Source: Glaucostegus cemiculus (lineage: Eukaryota). From it: a DNA stretch of 64,000 nucleotides. The translations under genes were made by a program, and so were the position numbers. The stretch lies in NCBI GenBank assembly GCA_976551045.1, contig CDPCPM010000211.1, forward strand, positions 2,666,001-2,730,000. Reading direction: 5' to 3'. Below, one piece after another: positions 60,541-64,000 of this stretch (position 1 is the stretch's first letter; every line of letters starts with the position of its first letter). The notes under the pieces were generated by a model. It was not told where the DNA came from. It made no database searches and was given only the letters and a program-made list of their open reading frames with translations.

Positions 60541-60974
60541 AGTTCAAAAGCGGCCATTACCCGCTGATCCCGACAGCAGCCCTGGCCTCACCATTCCAGA
60601 GATATCAGCGAATGCGGGGCCGGATTGTACAACGCGTCCTCTACAATGAGGAATGGAACTGAGTGGTCTGTCCCAGTGTACAGTCTGAGCTAATTAATAA
60701 AAGGATAGTGCCTTCGGCCCCTGCAGTTGTCAACCGTGGAAATCCCTCCCCAACCCCCTCTGAATCTTTTCCGCCCTGCCTCTCTTTATCAGGCGCCAGC
60801 TGAAAACCGAGCACAGCGCCACCACTCCACACTGCAGGACAGAAACACCATCTGTCCTTTGGGAAGTCTTGTGCAAGTCTTCACTGGCTGGAATAAGGCG
60901 GTATGAGAACTAATGAAATATGTTGGCTATTCCAGACCTCACTCTTTTATAAGAAACATCATAGCGGTATGAAA

Positions 60975-61200
60975 ACGTAGCGGTTAGCGCGACGTTGTTA
61001 CAGCGCCAGCGATCGGGGATCGATTCCCGACGCTGACTGTAAGGAGCTTGTACATTCTCCTGTGTCTGCATGGGTTTCCTCCGGGTGCTCCGGTTTCCTC
61101 CCACATTCTAGAAGACGTGCGGGTATGTTAATTTGGGAGTTTAAAATGGGCGGCGAGGACTCGTTAGGCCGAAAGGGTCTATTACCACGCTGTAAATAAA
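60975..61200 (+). mobile_element. tRNA-derived SINE (HE1/V-SINE type) with CR1-like tail
   Basis: A/B-box-like head GTAGCGGTTAGCG...GATCGATTCC, core GGGTTTCCTCCGGGTGCTCCGGTTTCCTCCCACA, tail GGCCGAAAGGGTCT...TAAATAAA. Confidence 0.8.
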
Positions 61201-64000
61201 AGTTATAATTTAATTTATAATTTATTTAAAATTTATAATTTATTAAATTTATAATAAAAACGACTGTAAATTGTGGGTTAATTAACCGAAATCCAGGTTG
61301 TGGAAGTTAACTTGGACTTCACTAAGTAAAATGTGACAAATAACTTTGACAAATGTGAGCTGAGAACAGAACCAAACGAAGTAAAATTGTGACAAAGCCA
61401 GTCAAATTTCTTCTTTTCAGGAAGCTGTGAGAAAGAAATTCATTCACTGGTATTCAGACGGTATGAAAACGGAAAATGCAAATCAAGCTGTTTTTTCACA
61501 GGAAACAGCTAGAACATGAGCGTGCTTCAAATAACATGACCAGGTTGCCCTGTGTCAGTAATTGATTGTGCGCAGAGAGTCACGAGGAGGGGCAATGGGA
61601 ATGTGCTGGAAACATCTCGATGTGAATACACACTGAACCCGGGTGTAATCTCTTCTGAATGAGATCTAAGTTTTAACATTGAATCAGATTTAAGTTTGAG
61701 GGTGAAACATCAACCATTGACTCAGTGACGGGAACACCAGGTTTCACCCGGAAAGACACACAGGGGCGAAGAGTCACTTGTACAGCCCAGAGAAGAGACT
61801 GGATAGAACTGTGTACAGTCCAGGCGCCCATTGTACCAGCTTCACCACAGGATCCTCGAGATCTGGGTGAACGAGTTAATCACTGAACCACGGTTGATGC
61901 GGAATTCACAGCCCATAAATGGATGGTCAGAAGCATGTACAGTGCTCCACATCAGCTTCCTCCCATGTGGACTCATTACACACTATCACGCATTCCCTCC
62001 GTTGCTCCCTTCACCTTCTCAATCTGCACCCCCACAAACTACACATAGACTTCTTTCCTCAATTACTGCGTTTCATGATGTCATTATTACGGTAAATTAG
62101 TAACTCCAGAATTCCAAACTAGATTAATCCCTGACCGTTACATTCACAGATTCGGGCTTGGGGTTGTTTACAAGTTCTAACAGTTTCTGTCCATGAGCAC
62201 CATCACAACATGACATAATTTGGTAACAGGTCCTACCCAGCCACGGACCCGAGCCCACACCCACATGAACTCCATCTGCCCCTGGTGTAGCGATGTGTTC
62301 CATCCTACGCACTTTAATATCAACATTATGGAGACCCCCCGATCACGAGAGGATCCTTCAGCTCCGGGAGTTCCCACACCCAAAGCCTCCAGATCAACAA
62401 CATTCGGTTCATTTTCAGAAGGTGTTGATAGCGGCGCTGATTCCTCGTGTCAGAGAGGAAATTGGTGGGGGGGGGGGGGTAAAAGAACAAATTCCGTCAT
62501 TCTCAAGGATGTAATGGGGCTCATGAGCGCTCTCTCAGGTATAAAGTGAAAGGGAGAAAATCGGCGGTTAGCAATTAAATAAAACGAACACACCAGAACA
62601 ATGAAAAAAAAACCTGTTTAATCACAGAGCCAAAAAAAAGTAATTACCGTCACCAGTCAACCAGTGTTTAGATATCGCTCACGTTAAGATGTGCTGATAG
62701 AGAACTGAACAGCGTCCTGACCTCTTCGTGTTTGATCCTCAATCCCTCCCAATAAAAGGGCGGGTTCACTGCAGGCAAATTATGATCTGGTGCACGACAT
62801 CGGCGCTGAAGCTGCTATTTCCAGGGACCGTGGGTAAAGGGACCCTCAGATCAGCAGCGCGGTGAGCTTTTGTCGTTTGTCCAGGTTGAATGGGAGATGT
62901 AAACACCCAGAGCCAATGCAACGTCATCTCCCAGGACTGCACCAGACCAGTGGGCTGTATTCCACATGACACTGTTCCGGATTCAAGTGTAATTCAATTT
63001 CCACTAAGAAGTCCTCCTCCAGACTCAGAGCAGGACACAGTGAGGGAGCCGCTCTCCGCAAGTGTAATCGCAGTCCCAGTGAAACATTCACACCCAGTCA
63101 AAATGAAGCAAATTCACTGATCCCAGGAATCGGTGAGAGATGCTCGGGGAATCCGGGACCAGCTGTGGGCTGCTTCCCATCCAAGAGCAAGCTTCATATT
63201 TTTATGTGGGCTTGGGCTCAGTCTCGGAAGGACATGAATGTCTTGGACCTCTCTGACTCTGGACCGCACCACTATAGCTCTTCCGACAGGCCCAATGCTG
63301 GTATTGTGTGCTGGTGAACTTCTCAAAGTAATATATGATTCGTTCGTACTCCTTATTGGCAGCAGTGTTTGGACATTAAACAAAACAAGTGGTACGTGAA
63401 TAGACAGCAGCCGGGCAGCAGTTTGCGGAGTTTATATCCTGGGTGCTACACCCTGGGTGCTGCACCCGGGGTGCTTTCTGAGTTCGACTGTGCCCAACTC
63501 CTCCGACTCTAGTTTCTACTGTGTCTGCTGACTCCCGTAAGTTCTCTCAGAGATCATCAACGTCCTGTTTATATATATATTCGCGTCAGACACTTCTCCG
63601 TGACCAAATTGCCGAGAGATATCAGCTGAATCAATCTTGAATACCTCAGCCGACACTGCCGGTGTAGAGGGGAGACAGACAAAGGCAGAATCCTGTTATG
63701 GAAGGCCCGGCCTTTAACCCCTCCATCGATCATTATCCTCACAGCTCACGGGCTCTTACGTGACGCAGTATTAACCACAGAGTGAAGCGTGTCTCGGTAC
63801 AGAGGACTTACAACATCTGTGTTAGACATTGAGTCCCACGAGAGGATCCTCTCCTAGAAAGATATGATCGCTCCCTACACTGTTGTCCCATTCCAGTGGA
63901 GCCGAACTGAACGCACCTTCCACCCATAGGTTTCTTGCTCTCGCTTGTCTTATCGTCGGGAAATTGTGCTCCCAACACCTCATATTTCAGCCTATAGCTT

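Overview
Repeat-rich vertebrate genomic DNA, most likely from a cartilaginous fish (inferred from the CR1/HER1-type LINEs, HE1/V-type SINEs, Penelope elements and the GPR139-like receptor). (1) 62-19404 (+): the 3' part of a spliced gene encoding a uromodulin/GP2-like protein. It has two tandem, cysteine-remodelled D8C/D10C domains, Ser/Thr/Pro/Glu-rich linker exons and a small C-terminal module, but no ZP domain or membrane anchor is visible. (2) A tRNA-Asp pseudogene at 23746 and a CpG-island promoter-like region at about 24.1-25.2 kb. (3) A Gypsy LTR/gag fragment beside two assembly gaps. (4) A decayed class I (epsilon-like) endogenous retrovirus at 36423-48531 (-) with LTRs, tRNA-Ser-like PBS, gag, protease, a 2H-phosphoesterase-like insert, RT, RNase H and env TM. 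A near full-length CR1 LINE sits where the integrase should be, and a related solo LTR with a 4-bp TSD lies at 49931-50771. (5) A two-exon GPR139-like GPCR pseudogene (52254-57778). (6) Penelope-like elements carrying minimal hammerhead ribozymes, minisatellites, a 35-bp satellite with higher-order structure, and many CR1/Rex fragments. All calls come from manual reading and translation; no database searches were run.
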